Numbered from the stretch's first letter, positions 31,918-41,568 are shown. The stretch: DNA of 64,000 nucleotides from Chroococcus sp. CMT-3BRIN-NPC107 (GCA_019359635.1 JAHHGY010000008.1:6768-70767); one strand, 5' to 3'. The notes: generated from the letters alone by a model not told the origin. A program made the numbers and translations.

Positions 31918-32808
31918 TTAGTTTTTCCAATTAAGCTTGCTTTTTGCCTTAAATTTTTTTGACCAACAGAAATAAACCAATCCCAACGCCAACACTGGTA
32001 GCACAGAATGTGGTTCGGGGACGGGTTCGCTAGATACAGGGCCATTTTCGACACAGCTAAAAAAGCAGTGATTAGGATTGCCTGTTCCGTCGTTACCACG
32101 AGAAAGGATAAGTTCCTCAAAAGTTTGGCTACCGTCAGCATCAAGATTGCCAGTTAATACGGTAAATTCTCCGCCAAAATTGCCTGTTAACGAATCAATC
32201 AAATTGTCAACGTTTGACTTCAATTCTGGAAACAATGTTTCTAGGGTGGTGAAGTTTTGACTTGCGCCACTAGCAACATCATCGCCGAGAAACCAGTTGC
32301 CATTACCAATAACTATGTTGTTGTCAGTAAATACCCAATTGCCATTACCGATGACTACATTATTGTTGCCAAAATCCCAGTTGCCATTGCCAATGGTTGA
32401 ATTATCGCTACTAAAACTCCAATTGCCATTGCCAAGAGTAGAATTATCACTACTGGTTTTCAAATACCAGTTACCGTTACCAATGGTGGTGTTATAACTT
32501 GACTCATCTCGAAACCAGTTGCCATTACCAATAGTGGCGTTATAACTTGACTCATCTCGAAGCCAATTGCCATTACCAATAGTGGCATTGTTGCTACTCA
32601 AGTTCCAATTGCCAGTTCCAATAGCAGCGTTGTTGCTACCTAAATCGTGGTTGGCTATAAAGGGATTTTTGCCACCCGCAAAGGGGTTTTCGCCAGTAGT
32701 TAAAGGACTACCACCAGCAAAAGGGTTGCTACTACCGCCATCAGTAGAGGAATTACCGTCACCATTACCAATAACTACGTTGTCGATACTAGGTTCATTA
32801 GCTGCCAT
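31918..32808 (-). CDS. Uncharacterised PEP-CTERM protein with eight IGNGNW-type repeats (predicted beta-roll)
   Basis: 296 aa; NPF motifs, then eight GNW units at 14-16 aa period; C-terminal VPEP + hydrophobic + basic tail; no N-terminal signal peptide. Confidence 0.8.
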   Translation of the reverse strand: MAANEPSIDNVVIGNGDGNSSTDGGSSNPFAGGSPLTTGENPFAGGKNPFIANHDLGSNNAAIGTGNWNLSSNNATIGNGNWLRDESSYNATIGNGNWFRDESSYNTTIGNGNWYLKTSSDNSTLGNGNWSFSSDNSTIGNGNWDFGNNNVVIGNGNWVFTDNNIVIGNGNWFLGDDVASGASQNFTTLETLFPELKSNVDNLIDSLTGNFGGEFTVLTGNLDADGSQTFEELILSRGNDGTGNPNHCFFSCVENGPVSSEPVPEPHSVLPVLALGLVYFCWSKKFKAKSKLNWKN

Positions 32809-32926
32809 AAGTAATAGTTCTCTAGTTTCTAGTACAAAGTTCTCGAAAAGCCAGAATTAAAAGTACAAATTAATAGAGCATTGAGGGTCTACTATTTGCC
32901 TTTTAATCTTGTAAGTGCGATCGCTC

Positions 32927-33472
32927 TTATTTGTTAAAAACTTTTGCTGCCTTTCGTTGTTGCCGAAATTTAGTGGCGGCAATTCCCATACCAATTACTA
33001 CTAAACCTAGTATCGACGAAGGTTCGGGTACTGGAGTACTACCACCATGACCGGGCAATCCTGGGAAGTCGCGATCGCCCAGAAAAGGAGGTATGCTACC
33101 ACCACCAGGTAACTCTACAGGAAAAGGATTATTAGCTCCGGTTGGCAACTCTACAGGAAAAGGATTATTAGTCCCAATTGGTAAGCTACCACCAGTACCG
33201 GAGTTACTACCTATGGGGTTAGAAGGGTTCATACCACCAGCAAATAGGTTCCAGAAGTTGTCACCCGCAAAAGGATTCCCACCATAAGGCGAATTTTCAT
33301 TAAGAGGAGAGCCACCACTAGCAAAGGGATTGCTGCCACCAAAGCCGCCAACATTACCAAAAATATCTTCTACAGTCAGATTATTACCATCCGCTCCTTG
33401 AATATCTAACAACGGACCGAAGGGAGATTGCCTAAGCAATTCGTTTAAGTCTTGGGTGGTATTATCAGCCAT
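32927..33472 (-). CDS. Uncharacterised Gly/Pro/Asn-rich PEP-CTERM protein with NPF repeats
   Basis: ATG at 33472 preceded by AGGAG; GGSNPF, GGNPF, NNPFPVELP x2; C-terminal PVPEPSSILGLVVIGMGIAATKFRQQRK. Confidence 0.8.
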   Translation of the reverse strand: MADNTTQDLNELLRQSPFGPLLDIQGADGNNLTVEDIFGNVGGFGGSNPFASGGSPLNENSPYGGNPFAGDNFWNLFAGGMNPSNPIGSNSGTGGSLPIGTNNPFPVELPTGANNPFPVELPGGGSIPPFLGDRDFPGLPGHGGSTPVPEPSSILGLVVIGMGIAATKFRQQRKAAKVFNK

Positions 33473-33607
33473 TTGTTTTACTCCTGTTGGTTTTAATCTC
33501 AATACTTAGAGAAATCTGTTCAAAAAAGGCTTTCCGTTTGTACTCAATGCCAAGGAGCAGAAACATTGTGAAGTTATCTCGCCTCTGCTCCTGTGATTAA
33601 ATGGTGC

Positions 33608-34768
33608 TTACACTTTTACTGCTTTTTGCTTGCGGCGTTGCTTCAATTTTCCAGCTAATGCCCCACCACCCAAAACAGCTAAACCTAACATTGAAGAAGG
33701 TTCTGGTATGGGTTCGGCTCGATTGACATCCAATACTTGAACGCGACCTTGAAAGAAATCACCTACATAGAGCTTGTCATCTACTAGGTCTGAACCCGCC
33801 GTCCAGTTAAATACTCCTGGTTCGAGGTCTAGGGGATCGCCATAGGGGGAGGGTGCGCCCAACGCTAAAGGTGGTACGACATTTCCTTCTGCATCACGGG
33901 CAGGTTCGCCAAATGCACTCAGAAAGTTACCATTTTCATCGAATACCTGAACGCGGCTATTGATAGAATCCGTCACGTAGATGTTGCCTTCCTCGTCCAC
34001 TTCAGCATCAATCGGCTGATTGAACTCTCCCTCTCCAGTTCCTTGTGTGCCGAAAGTTTGAAGCGCATTGCCTTCTGGATCGATCACTTGAACGCGATTG
34101 TTGAACTGGTCAGTCACAACTAAATTTCCCTCTGGCGTGATTCCTATGCCTGATGGTCCTTGAAACTGTCCAGGTGCAGTGCCGCTGCTGCCAATAGAAT
34201 CAACTATTTCGCCATCTGAATTAAACTTCAAGATGCGATCGCCGCTATAATCACCCACGTATCCATAGCCACTATCATCAAATACAATACTCGTTGGTCC
34301 AGAGAAAACTCTGCCTTCAATTGGTGAGCTAAATTGACCTTCAGCAATGGAGTCGAGATAGTTACCTTGGGGATCGAATATGTTAATCCGGTTGTTGTTG
34401 ACATCACCCGCATAAAAATTTCCAGTAGTCGGTTCAAATGCGATCGCTGATTGCCCGTCAAATTGCCCAGGTCCGCTACCGTTACCGCCAAAGGCTTGAA
34501 GAAAATCACCCTCAGAACTGAACACCTGGATTTGATCGGTTACGTCATTAGCCACGAAGACATTTCCTGTTCCTTCCTGTACCGCAATGCCTTGGGGAAT
34601 GGCAATCGTACCTGGAGTAAACGGATTTTCTCCTGCGGCGAAGTTAGCTGGTCTACCGATGGAACTGTCGTAAGATAAAGTTATTGACGCAGCATCAGCT
34701 TGAGTTGCGGCTAGGAACATTAAGCCAGAACTTGCGATCGCAAATGAGAGATTTTTGAGCAATCCCAT
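33608..34768 (-). CDS. scyF: Scytonemin biosynthesis protein ScyF (NHL-repeat propeller, PEP-CTERM)
   Basis: Signal peptide ending AA-A; NHL repeats (GSGPGQF, GEFNQP, NRVQV); IPEPSSMLG tail; follows scyE. Confidence 0.85.
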   Translation of the reverse strand: MGLLKNLSFAIASSGLMFLAATQADAASITLSYDSSIGRPANFAAGENPFTPGTIAIPQGIAVQEGTGNVFVANDVTDQIQVFSSEGDFLQAFGGNGSGPGQFDGQSAIAFEPTTGNFYAGDVNNNRINIFDPQGNYLDSIAEGQFSSPIEGRVFSGPTSIVFDDSGYGYVGDYSGDRILKFNSDGEIVDSIGSSGTAPGQFQGPSGIGITPEGNLVVTDQFNNRVQVIDPEGNALQTFGTQGTGEGEFNQPIDAEVDEEGNIYVTDSINSRVQVFDENGNFLSAFGEPARDAEGNVVPPLALGAPSPYGDPLDLEPGVFNWTAGSDLVDDKLYVGDFFQGRVQVLDVNRAEPIPEPSSMLGLAVLGGGALAGKLKQRRKQKAVKV

Positions 34769-34854
34769 GATGTTCGACTCCTAATAGTGTATGATTTACG
34801 CGGACTAAACAAAGCGATCGCCCTAATGCCAGTAAGAGCGATCGCATTTATCGA

Positions 34855-36204
34855 TTAAGCTTTAAATTTTTGTAGTTGCTGCTTCAACTTGCCCTTAAAT
34901 TTAGAGCCAATACCTGTAGCGCCCAAAGCTAATATTCCTAGAACTGAAGCAGGTTCTGGTACGGGTTCCGAGCCTGTATTTACCCGCACTACGCTTCCCG
35001 CTTCTGGACCAACACCCCGCGTGGTTACGTAAATTTGGTTGTCAGGACCGATGGTTACACCATCGGCAGACTCCAAGCCTTCACCCGCCGCAACTAAAGT
35101 TGTCCGAGTTCCATCAGGCGCTACTTGAATTAAAGAACCGGGTAAAGCTGTCAAGTCACCCGTAAGCTGAGAGGTATCGCCAAATTGTAAAACTAGCAAA
35201 TTGCCCTCTGCATCGAACGTCAAATCACTGATGTGGGTAAATCCCTCAGCATAAACGACAGGTTCGCCATCTTCACCAATCCTAAAGATCCTGGCTTCAT
35301 TTTCTGGGTAAGGAAAGCCAACGTATTCGCCAACATAAAATGCACCATCAGGCCCAATTGCGCCGCCTGTTGGTACAGATTGCAAGGCAACACCGCCTTC
35401 AACTTCTTCTATTAATCCTGGTGGTAGTCCTAAATCTGGAGGAATTAACGCCGGGTCGACAATGTTATCGGGAATGGCTGTGGCGGTGAAGCTACTACCA
35501 TCGAGTTTGATGCTGTAGGCTGCGTTGCCACCACCATCAACTACATAAGCCGTGTCGCCACTAATAGCCAAGTCGTAAGGATTGGTAACTACATCCCCAC
35601 CGTCGGGATTGTTGGTGATTTCATATTCAGCAAAGTCAAAAATCTCTGTTAGCTCCCCAGTTTCTAGGTCAACGGCAAATAGTTTTGCCAAATCAGGGGT
35701 ATTCAAAACCGAATCCGGCGTGGACGGCGGAAAAGTTACAAGTTGCACTTCTGGTATTGAATATTGCGAACCTAAAGCTAAGGTTTCGGCATCGCGGTTT
35801 CCTGGGTAGCCAGCAAATCCGGTTAGCAAATAAGCATTACCTTGAGAATCAAATTCCAAAGCTTGGGGTCCTGCTCCTTGGTTGCCTGAAGGTTGTTCGG
35901 CTAAGGAATCAAAGTTTGTCAAGATTCGCTCTTGCTGACCATCGGGTGAAACTTTGACAATCGAGCCAGAATTACCCGCGCAAATTGGCTGAAACAAGGT
36001 GCTTGGGGAAGGCTGACAGTTGCCGTCGCCGCCAATACCAGGTTCGCCGACGTAGAGGCTACCATCGGGTCCAAAGCTCACCGCCCGTGCATTGCTAATT
36101 CCAGAAACAATTGTAGTTAGCGATGCCGCTTGAGCAACAGGTACTCCAGCCACAGCAGCGAAACAAAAAGAGAGAATTGTCAAAGCAGATAACTTGAACT
36201 TCAT
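34855..36204 (-). CDS. scyE: ScyD/ScyE-family protein ScyE (PEP-CTERM)
   Basis: Start MKFKLSAL (36204) with signal peptide AQA-A; SVPTGGAIGPDGAFYVGE..GFPYP; VPEPASVLG tail. Confidence 0.85.
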   Translation of the reverse strand: MKFKLSALTILSFCFAAVAGVPVAQAASLTTIVSGISNARAVSFGPDGSLYVGEPGIGGDGNCQPSPSTLFQPICAGNSGSIVKVSPDGQQERILTNFDSLAEQPSGNQGAGPQALEFDSQGNAYLLTGFAGYPGNRDAETLALGSQYSIPEVQLVTFPPSTPDSVLNTPDLAKLFAVDLETGELTEIFDFAEYEITNNPDGGDVVTNPYDLAISGDTAYVVDGGGNAAYSIKLDGSSFTATAIPDNIVDPALIPPDLGLPPGLIEEVEGGVALQSVPTGGAIGPDGAFYVGEYVGFPYPENEARIFRIGEDGEPVVYAEGFTHISDLTFDAEGNLLVLQFGDTSQLTGDLTALPGSLIQVAPDGTRTTLVAAGEGLESADGVTIGPDNQIYVTTRGVGPEAGSVVRVNTGSEPVPEPASVLGILALGATGIGSKFKGKLKQQLQKFKA

Positions 36205-36284
36205 ATTTTTCAACGATTTACTGATATTTGATTGGGAAACTTGGTTAACAAGATGGCTAAGATGATGGAAAGATTTTTCCAAAG

Positions 36285-37547
36285 CTATATGCGCCACTGG
36301 CGATTAATTGAGCGTTTCGTGTACCACTTTTTAAGCCCCAAAGCACTAAAAGTTAGTACGCCAAGGACGGAAGTAGGTTCGGGAACAGGCTCTGTATTGC
36401 CAATTCTCAGCACTTGACTTGCGCCTGGGCGATCGCTTTGGTTGGTGACATAAACATCGCCATCAGGGCTAACTGCCAAACTAGAAGGGGCAGTTAGTCC
36501 ATCACCACTAAGGAGAGTGGTTTGCGTCCCATCGGGGGATATTTGAATGACAGAGCCATCAAAATTTCCCTTCCAGGCTGACTCGTTGGCATACTGCAAG
36601 GCATACAAGTTGCCTTCAGCATCAAATTCCAAGTCGGTCAGTTGAGTAAATCCGTCAGCATATACACTGGTTTCCCCATCAGGATCGATACGATAGATCC
36701 TGGCTCCACCTTCTGGAAAAGGAAAACCAGTAAACTGACTGACATAGTAAGCACCATCAGGACCTACCGCTACACCTGTCGGGGTAGCTTGGATGCTAAA
36801 TTCGGTCGGTACTCCGTCCGTTGATGGAACTTGGGTAGGGTCAAAGGGAACGGAATTAGAAGGTGGAAAGACTGGATTAGTTAAAACTTCTTGAGGAAAA
36901 ATTGCGACTTGTTGTAGGTTGCTACCATCGGTTCCTACGCTTAGTAAAGCGTTTGCGCCCGCGTCTACAGCGATCGCTTTATCTCCATCAAGCACAAAAG
37001 CTGTGGGGTTGCTGCCAATATCTCCATTGTCAGGATTATTAGCTAATTCGTAGTTAGAAAAGTCAGCAACGACTTCCCACGAATTAGTAGCAAAGTCTGC
37101 TACTACTAGCTTGCCCAAGTCGGGACTATTTAAAGCGGTGTCGCGCAAGGCTGGGTCGGCAGCGTAGCCAATTAGTACGTAAGGATTGCCTACACTGTCA
37201 AACTTGATATCTTGAGCGCCAAAGGAGCTAGTACCATCGGCTAGAGCAATAGAAGGTAAGTCGGTGAGGACGCGCTCTGTTGTACCATTGGCAATTTTTG
37301 TGACTGCGCCGCTAGTTCCGTAACACAAGTCACCCCCTGTGGGCGAGGGAATGCAAGCCCCCGTACCGCCCGACCCAGCTTCGGTAACATAAAGAGTGCC
37401 ATCAGGAGCAAAACTTAGTCCTCTAGCATTATCCAAGCCGTCTGCGACTACAGTAAATGATGCCGCGATCGCGTTTTGCGGGTTTAAAAGCGCTGTAGTT
37501 GCGATCGCACAACCTGTAGTTAGTCCAATAAGTAGCTTTAATCGCAT
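36285..37547 (-). CDS. scyD: ScyD/ScyE-family protein ScyD (PEP-CTERM)
   Basis: Start MRLKLLIG (37547) with signal peptide; GLDNARGLSFAPDG, ATPTGVAVGPDGAYYVSQFTGFPFP; VPEPTSVLG tail; paralogue of scyE. Confidence 0.85.
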   Translation of the reverse strand: MRLKLLIGLTTGCAIATTALLNPQNAIAASFTVVADGLDNARGLSFAPDGTLYVTEAGSGGTGACIPSPTGGDLCYGTSGAVTKIANGTTERVLTDLPSIALADGTSSFGAQDIKFDSVGNPYVLIGYAADPALRDTALNSPDLGKLVVADFATNSWEVVADFSNYELANNPDNGDIGSNPTAFVLDGDKAIAVDAGANALLSVGTDGSNLQQVAIFPQEVLTNPVFPPSNSVPFDPTQVPSTDGVPTEFSIQATPTGVAVGPDGAYYVSQFTGFPFPEGGARIYRIDPDGETSVYADGFTQLTDLEFDAEGNLYALQYANESAWKGNFDGSVIQISPDGTQTTLLSGDGLTAPSSLAVSPDGDVYVTNQSDRPGASQVLRIGNTEPVPEPTSVLGVLTFSALGLKKWYTKRSINRQWRI

Positions 37548-37554
37548 AGGACGA

Positions 37555-38517
37555 CTACTTAGCACCGACTAAAGAGCGAGGAATGTAGCTCATACCGCGC
37601 GCAAAGGTTTCGGTATTACCTGCTTTTGCTTCTAGAGTGCGCTTGATATTCATGCTCTCCGCACCGTAGTCTTCAATTTGCAGCTTGCCGTGAGGTAGAG
37701 TTTCGCCTACTTTCCAAAAACTAATTCGGTGTTGAATAAATCCCGATGCTGAGGGATCGTTAAAAGCGTAAGCACAAGGAATCAAAATTGCTGGAGAACG
37801 CTGGTAATAGTTGTATTCAGGATAAAAATATTCCTGTTCGAGCAAGTAATACTTACTCAAATTATTGAGACGGAATGTCGCTTGGACTTTTTGCCCGTAC
37901 TCGTCTACAAATTCTCCAGATTCAGGAGTAATTTCGCCACTGGGATGCAATAAGTGCGCCCATTCGTCTAAATTGCGGACATCTTTTAAATATTCTGCCC
38001 CCATTTCTACGGGTGCATCGATGTACATAGTGTCTACATCAATGTAATAACGCCCCTTAGCTGCTTGAGTTAGCCCGGCTTTGCGCTCTAAGTTGCCTTT
38101 TAAAGAACGGCACTCAGAACTATGCACCGTATGAATCCCCTCCATAATCATCGGCGGGCGGCGAATAGGATCGATGAAGCTCAACCAGTGAAAGTAAACT
38201 CCTTGCTCGTCAGTTCCCGGTTCTATATAGTCGGGAGGAAATAGCAGTACGGGATAAACTTGAAAGTATTGGTTGTACTCCACTCCGCAATGCCACTCAA
38301 TGCCGTAAAAAAGCGGGTGTTGGAGCTTTTTAATGTGATAGTACAAATTGTTTTGATAGCCCGAAGCCGTACCCAGCCAGGTATCGTCATCAATTTGTTC
38401 GATCATGCGGCTAAACAGCGTCCATTCGTCTAAATTCTCTAATTTAGAGAGATAGTCAAAGGCGGTTTCCGGCGTTGTGGCGATAAAAGCAGAGGTAGCA
38501 AATGTATTTTTTTCCAC
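37555..38517 (-). CDS. scyC: Scytonemin cyclase/decarboxylase ScyC
   Basis: Position after scyB; internally duplicated halves (ENLDEWT / RNLDEWA; HWLSF / HRISF). Confidence 0.85.
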   Translation of the reverse strand: MEKNTFATSAFIATTPETAFDYLSKLENLDEWTLFSRMIEQIDDDTWLGTASGYQNNLYYHIKKLQHPLFYGIEWHCGVEYNQYFQVYPVLLFPPDYIEPGTDEQGVYFHWLSFIDPIRRPPMIMEGIHTVHSSECRSLKGNLERKAGLTQAAKGRYYIDVDTMYIDAPVEMGAEYLKDVRNLDEWAHLLHPSGEITPESGEFVDEYGQKVQATFRLNNLSKYYLLEQEYFYPEYNYYQRSPAILIPCAYAFNDPSASGFIQHRISFWKVGETLPHGKLQIEDYGAESMNIKRTLEAKAGNTETFARGMSYIPRSLVGAK

Positions 38518-38520
38518 CGG

Positions 38521-39573
38521 TTACTCCTTGGTTTTCAGACTTTTAGCTTTAGCAATTCGCTCCTGGGCTATGCGCCGAGAAGCCTCGTAAGTAGTGATTT
38601 CTGCTTTTTGAGCGGATGCAAAAATCTCTGACAAAGTGTCATAGATATTGTTTAGTTGTTGAAAAGCTTTGGTTTCGTCATAACCAATCATTTCGTTGTA
38701 AACATTGATTAGTCCGCCGCCATTAATCACGTAATCTGGGCAATACAAAATGTCCTTAGATTTCAATGCTTGGCTGTGCAGCTTCTCGTTTTCTAGCTGG
38801 TTATTTGCTGCTCCGGCGACAATGGGTGCAATAATTTGCGGGATAGTTTTGCTATTTAAAATTCCCCCCAAAGCACAGGGTGCAAACACATCAACGTCTT
38901 GGGCATAAATTTCGTCGGGGGCGACAACTTTAGCTCCGTACAATGAGGCTGCTTGCTCTGCTTTTTCCTGGCTGACATCAGTAACGTATAGACTAGCCCC
39001 GTGTTCGTACAGGTATTTGCAAAGATTTCCTCCCACATTTCCCAAGCCCTGAACGGCAACTTTTAGTCCGTCAAGACTGCGGTTTTGCAAGCGAAAATTG
39101 ACGGCGGCTTTAATACCCAAAAGCACCCCTCTAGCGGTAATTGGCGCAGGTCCGCCAGATTTTTCGGAAGTACCAACTACGTAGCTAGTTTGGCGGCGAA
39201 TTGTACAGACATCCTGGGGGGTAATATTGACATCTTGTCCGGTGATAAAACGCCCGTTAAGATTTTCAATAAACCGCCCGTAAGCCTCGAATAACGCGTC
39301 AGATTTTTCGGCGGGATTGGCAATAATTACCGCTTTACCGCCGCCAACGGGAATATTGGCACAAGCAGCTTTGTAAGTCATCCCCCGACTGAGACGCAAA
39401 ACGTCTTTGAGGGCGGCTTCTTCGTCAACGTAAGGCAGCATCCGGGTTGCTCCCATTGCTGGCCCCAAACCTGTATCGTGGATAGCAATAATTGCTTTGA
39501 TATTTGGGTTTTGTCCGTGACAAAAGAGAACTTGCTCGTGACCCATTTCTTCTACAGTTTCAAAAAGCTTCAC
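38521..39573 (-). CDS. scyB: Tryptophan dehydrogenase ScyB (leucine dehydrogenase family)
   Basis: LGPAMGATR, LSRGMTYK, GGGKAVI, VQGLGNVG, GAANNQL; follows scyA. Confidence 0.92.
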   Translation of the reverse strand: MKLFETVEEMGHEQVLFCHGQNPNIKAIIAIHDTGLGPAMGATRMLPYVDEEAALKDVLRLSRGMTYKAACANIPVGGGKAVIIANPAEKSDALFEAYGRFIENLNGRFITGQDVNITPQDVCTIRRQTSYVVGTSEKSGGPAPITARGVLLGIKAAVNFRLQNRSLDGLKVAVQGLGNVGGNLCKYLYEHGASLYVTDVSQEKAEQAASLYGAKVVAPDEIYAQDVDVFAPCALGGILNSKTIPQIIAPIVAGAANNQLENEKLHSQALKSKDILYCPDYVINGGGLINVYNEMIGYDETKAFQQLNNIYDTLSEIFASAQKAEITTYEASRRIAQERIAKAKSLKTKE

Positions 39574-39605
39574 GTTAGCGCTCCAATTAAAAGCAAAACG
39601 AACTA

Positions 39606-41456
39606 TTAAACCAAGGGAAAGGAAACTTGTTTAGCGCTATTAGTTGCCTTAACGCCTTGGGATGCGAGTCCTTGATTGCGACCTTTAGAAGGTGCGGGAC
39701 GACTGGGATCGATGAGAACATCAATCACAAAAGGACCGTTATGGGCGATCGCTTTTTCTAAGGCGGCGGTTAAATCTGCTTCGGTGGTAACGCGGATTCC
39801 ATCAGCGCCCATACCGCGAGCTACGGTGACAAAATTTGTTTCGGGAATTAAAGCGTCAGCTCCGGTAAGTCCCAGTAGTTTCATGCCTTGGAAGCACATA
39901 TTGTACCGAGCGTCGTTGAGGACAATCCAAATTGCCGGAACTTGGTACTTTACGGCGGTACTAATTTCGTTATTCATTAGCATTGCACCATCGCCAACAA
40001 TTGCTACTGCTAAACCATCTCGAGCGATCGCTGCCCCCACTACGCCCGTCACCGCATGACCCATTGCGCCCACTCCGGTACTTACCCGATAACGCCCTGT
40101 TTGATTGAATCGCAGCAGGTTTGTTGACCAAGTAAAAGAGTTGCCAGATTCTGCCATAACTACAGCGTCTGTGCCTTCAACTATGGTTTTTTGAATAGCT
40201 GACATCAACACTTCGGGGCGAACTAAGTTGTCTGTACCCGGTGGTATCGCTTCTATTTCGGGATTCGGTAGAGAATTATTTGTTGGCTCTAATTCTGGCA
40301 TTTGCGCTAACAACTCTTGCACAAATGCTTGAATATCTGACTGTACGGGCAAAGTTTCAACTTGGGGATAAGCTACCCCTGGAACTTGAGGGTCAATATC
40401 TACATGGATAAATCCACCCCTAGGAACCATTGATTGACTCCAAAAAGAAGTAGGTTCTCCTAAGCGCGTCCCTAGTACCAATATCCACAAAGGCTTTTGG
40501 GTTTGCATATAAGTCATTACTGACGAATGACCGCCTAAGCCTGTCACTCCAACAAATTGCGGATGATCTTCAGGAAATATCCCTTTACCGCGCGGCGAAC
40601 ACATTACTGCTGCTCCCGTTTTTTCGGCAAGGCTTAAAATCTCTTTAGCAGCATTTCTAGCTCCAAAACCCAGCCAAAGGGCAAAGTTTCCCTCTGTTAG
40701 CAAGCTGACACACTTAGAAATTGTGTTGACACTTGGGATAAAGCGATCGCTCTCTAAATCTAATCTTGGTAATTCTTGCTCGAATTCACTTGTTTGCACG
40801 GCGGTAGGAATGCTCAAATGAGCGACAAAACCCCCTGGTTGCGATAATCCTAAAGCAAGTCGCTTAAAAATTTGCGGTAATTGCGCCGCACATTCTACGA
40901 TAGTTGCGTAGTTAAACAACGCTCCTGACGTAAATATGCCCTCTGTTGGCAAGGTATAAGCTGTAGTTTCTTGAATTGCCCATTTACCTCGTTGGGGTGC
41001 GGAGGTACAAGCTGATAAAAATATCACCTTTGCTCCTTCCCCACGAGCCGCAAATAGCCCTGTTAGAGCGTTAGTAATGCCCGGCCCGGCGGTGGTAAAA
41101 ACTACTGTGGGACGATTGGTAGCAAAATAAGCTTCAACGGCTGCAAAGGCTGCGCCTCCTTCATGGCGAAAATTTAATACTTGCATGAGTTGGCTGTTGG
41201 ACAAAGAACCCCAGATCGTTGCCATTGCTCCGCCAGCAACCCCGAACGCGCAGCTTACTCCCAATTCTTCTAGCATGGCAACTACTGCCGCCGCAACGGT
41301 AAGAGGAGCTTTTAATGGTACGTCTATGCTTACTTCTTCTGGAGGAATGTAAGCATAATCGGGTTCAGATTGTGGCAATTCTTCAAAGCTGTTTGGTTCA
41401 AAGTCTTTGTAAGATACGCTCTCGATTGATGTTGCGTGAGTATAATTTTCAGTCAT
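39606..41456 (-). CDS. scyA: ThDP-dependent acyloin synthase ScyA (acetolactate synthase-like)
   Basis: FRHEGGAAFAA, TAGPGITNA, GDGAMLMNN...LND ThDP motif; first gene of scy cluster. Confidence 0.92.
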   Translation of the reverse strand: MTENYTHATSIESVSYKDFEPNSFEELPQSEPDYAYIPPEEVSIDVPLKAPLTVAAAVVAMLEELGVSCAFGVAGGAMATIWGSLSNSQLMQVLNFRHEGGAAFAAVEAYFATNRPTVVFTTAGPGITNALTGLFAARGEGAKVIFLSACTSAPQRGKWAIQETTAYTLPTEGIFTSGALFNYATIVECAAQLPQIFKRLALGLSQPGGFVAHLSIPTAVQTSEFEQELPRLDLESDRFIPSVNTISKCVSLLTEGNFALWLGFGARNAAKEILSLAEKTGAAVMCSPRGKGIFPEDHPQFVGVTGLGGHSSVMTYMQTQKPLWILVLGTRLGEPTSFWSQSMVPRGGFIHVDIDPQVPGVAYPQVETLPVQSDIQAFVQELLAQMPELEPTNNSLPNPEIEAIPPGTDNLVRPEVLMSAIQKTIVEGTDAVVMAESGNSFTWSTNLLRFNQTGRYRVSTGVGAMGHAVTGVVGAAIARDGLAVAIVGDGAMLMNNEISTAVKYQVPAIWIVLNDARYNMCFQGMKLLGLTGADALIPETNFVTVARGMGADGIRVTTEADLTAALEKAIAHNGPFVIDVLIDPSRPAPSKGRNQGLASQGVKATNSAKQVSFPLV

Positions 41457-41568
41457 TGCTTTTAATTACTCATAAAATTTGCAGCCGGACTTGGCTTTGA
41501 AGCTAGTAACATTTGCTAAAATCGAAAATAAGTAATATCAAATTCTCGGCTCGAAATTAAATCTGCTG

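Noticed and set aside
32280-32620. Periodic DNA repeats resembling a CRISPR array
   Set aside because: They are in-frame codon repeats of the GNGNW protein with wobble variation; no cas genes or unique spacers
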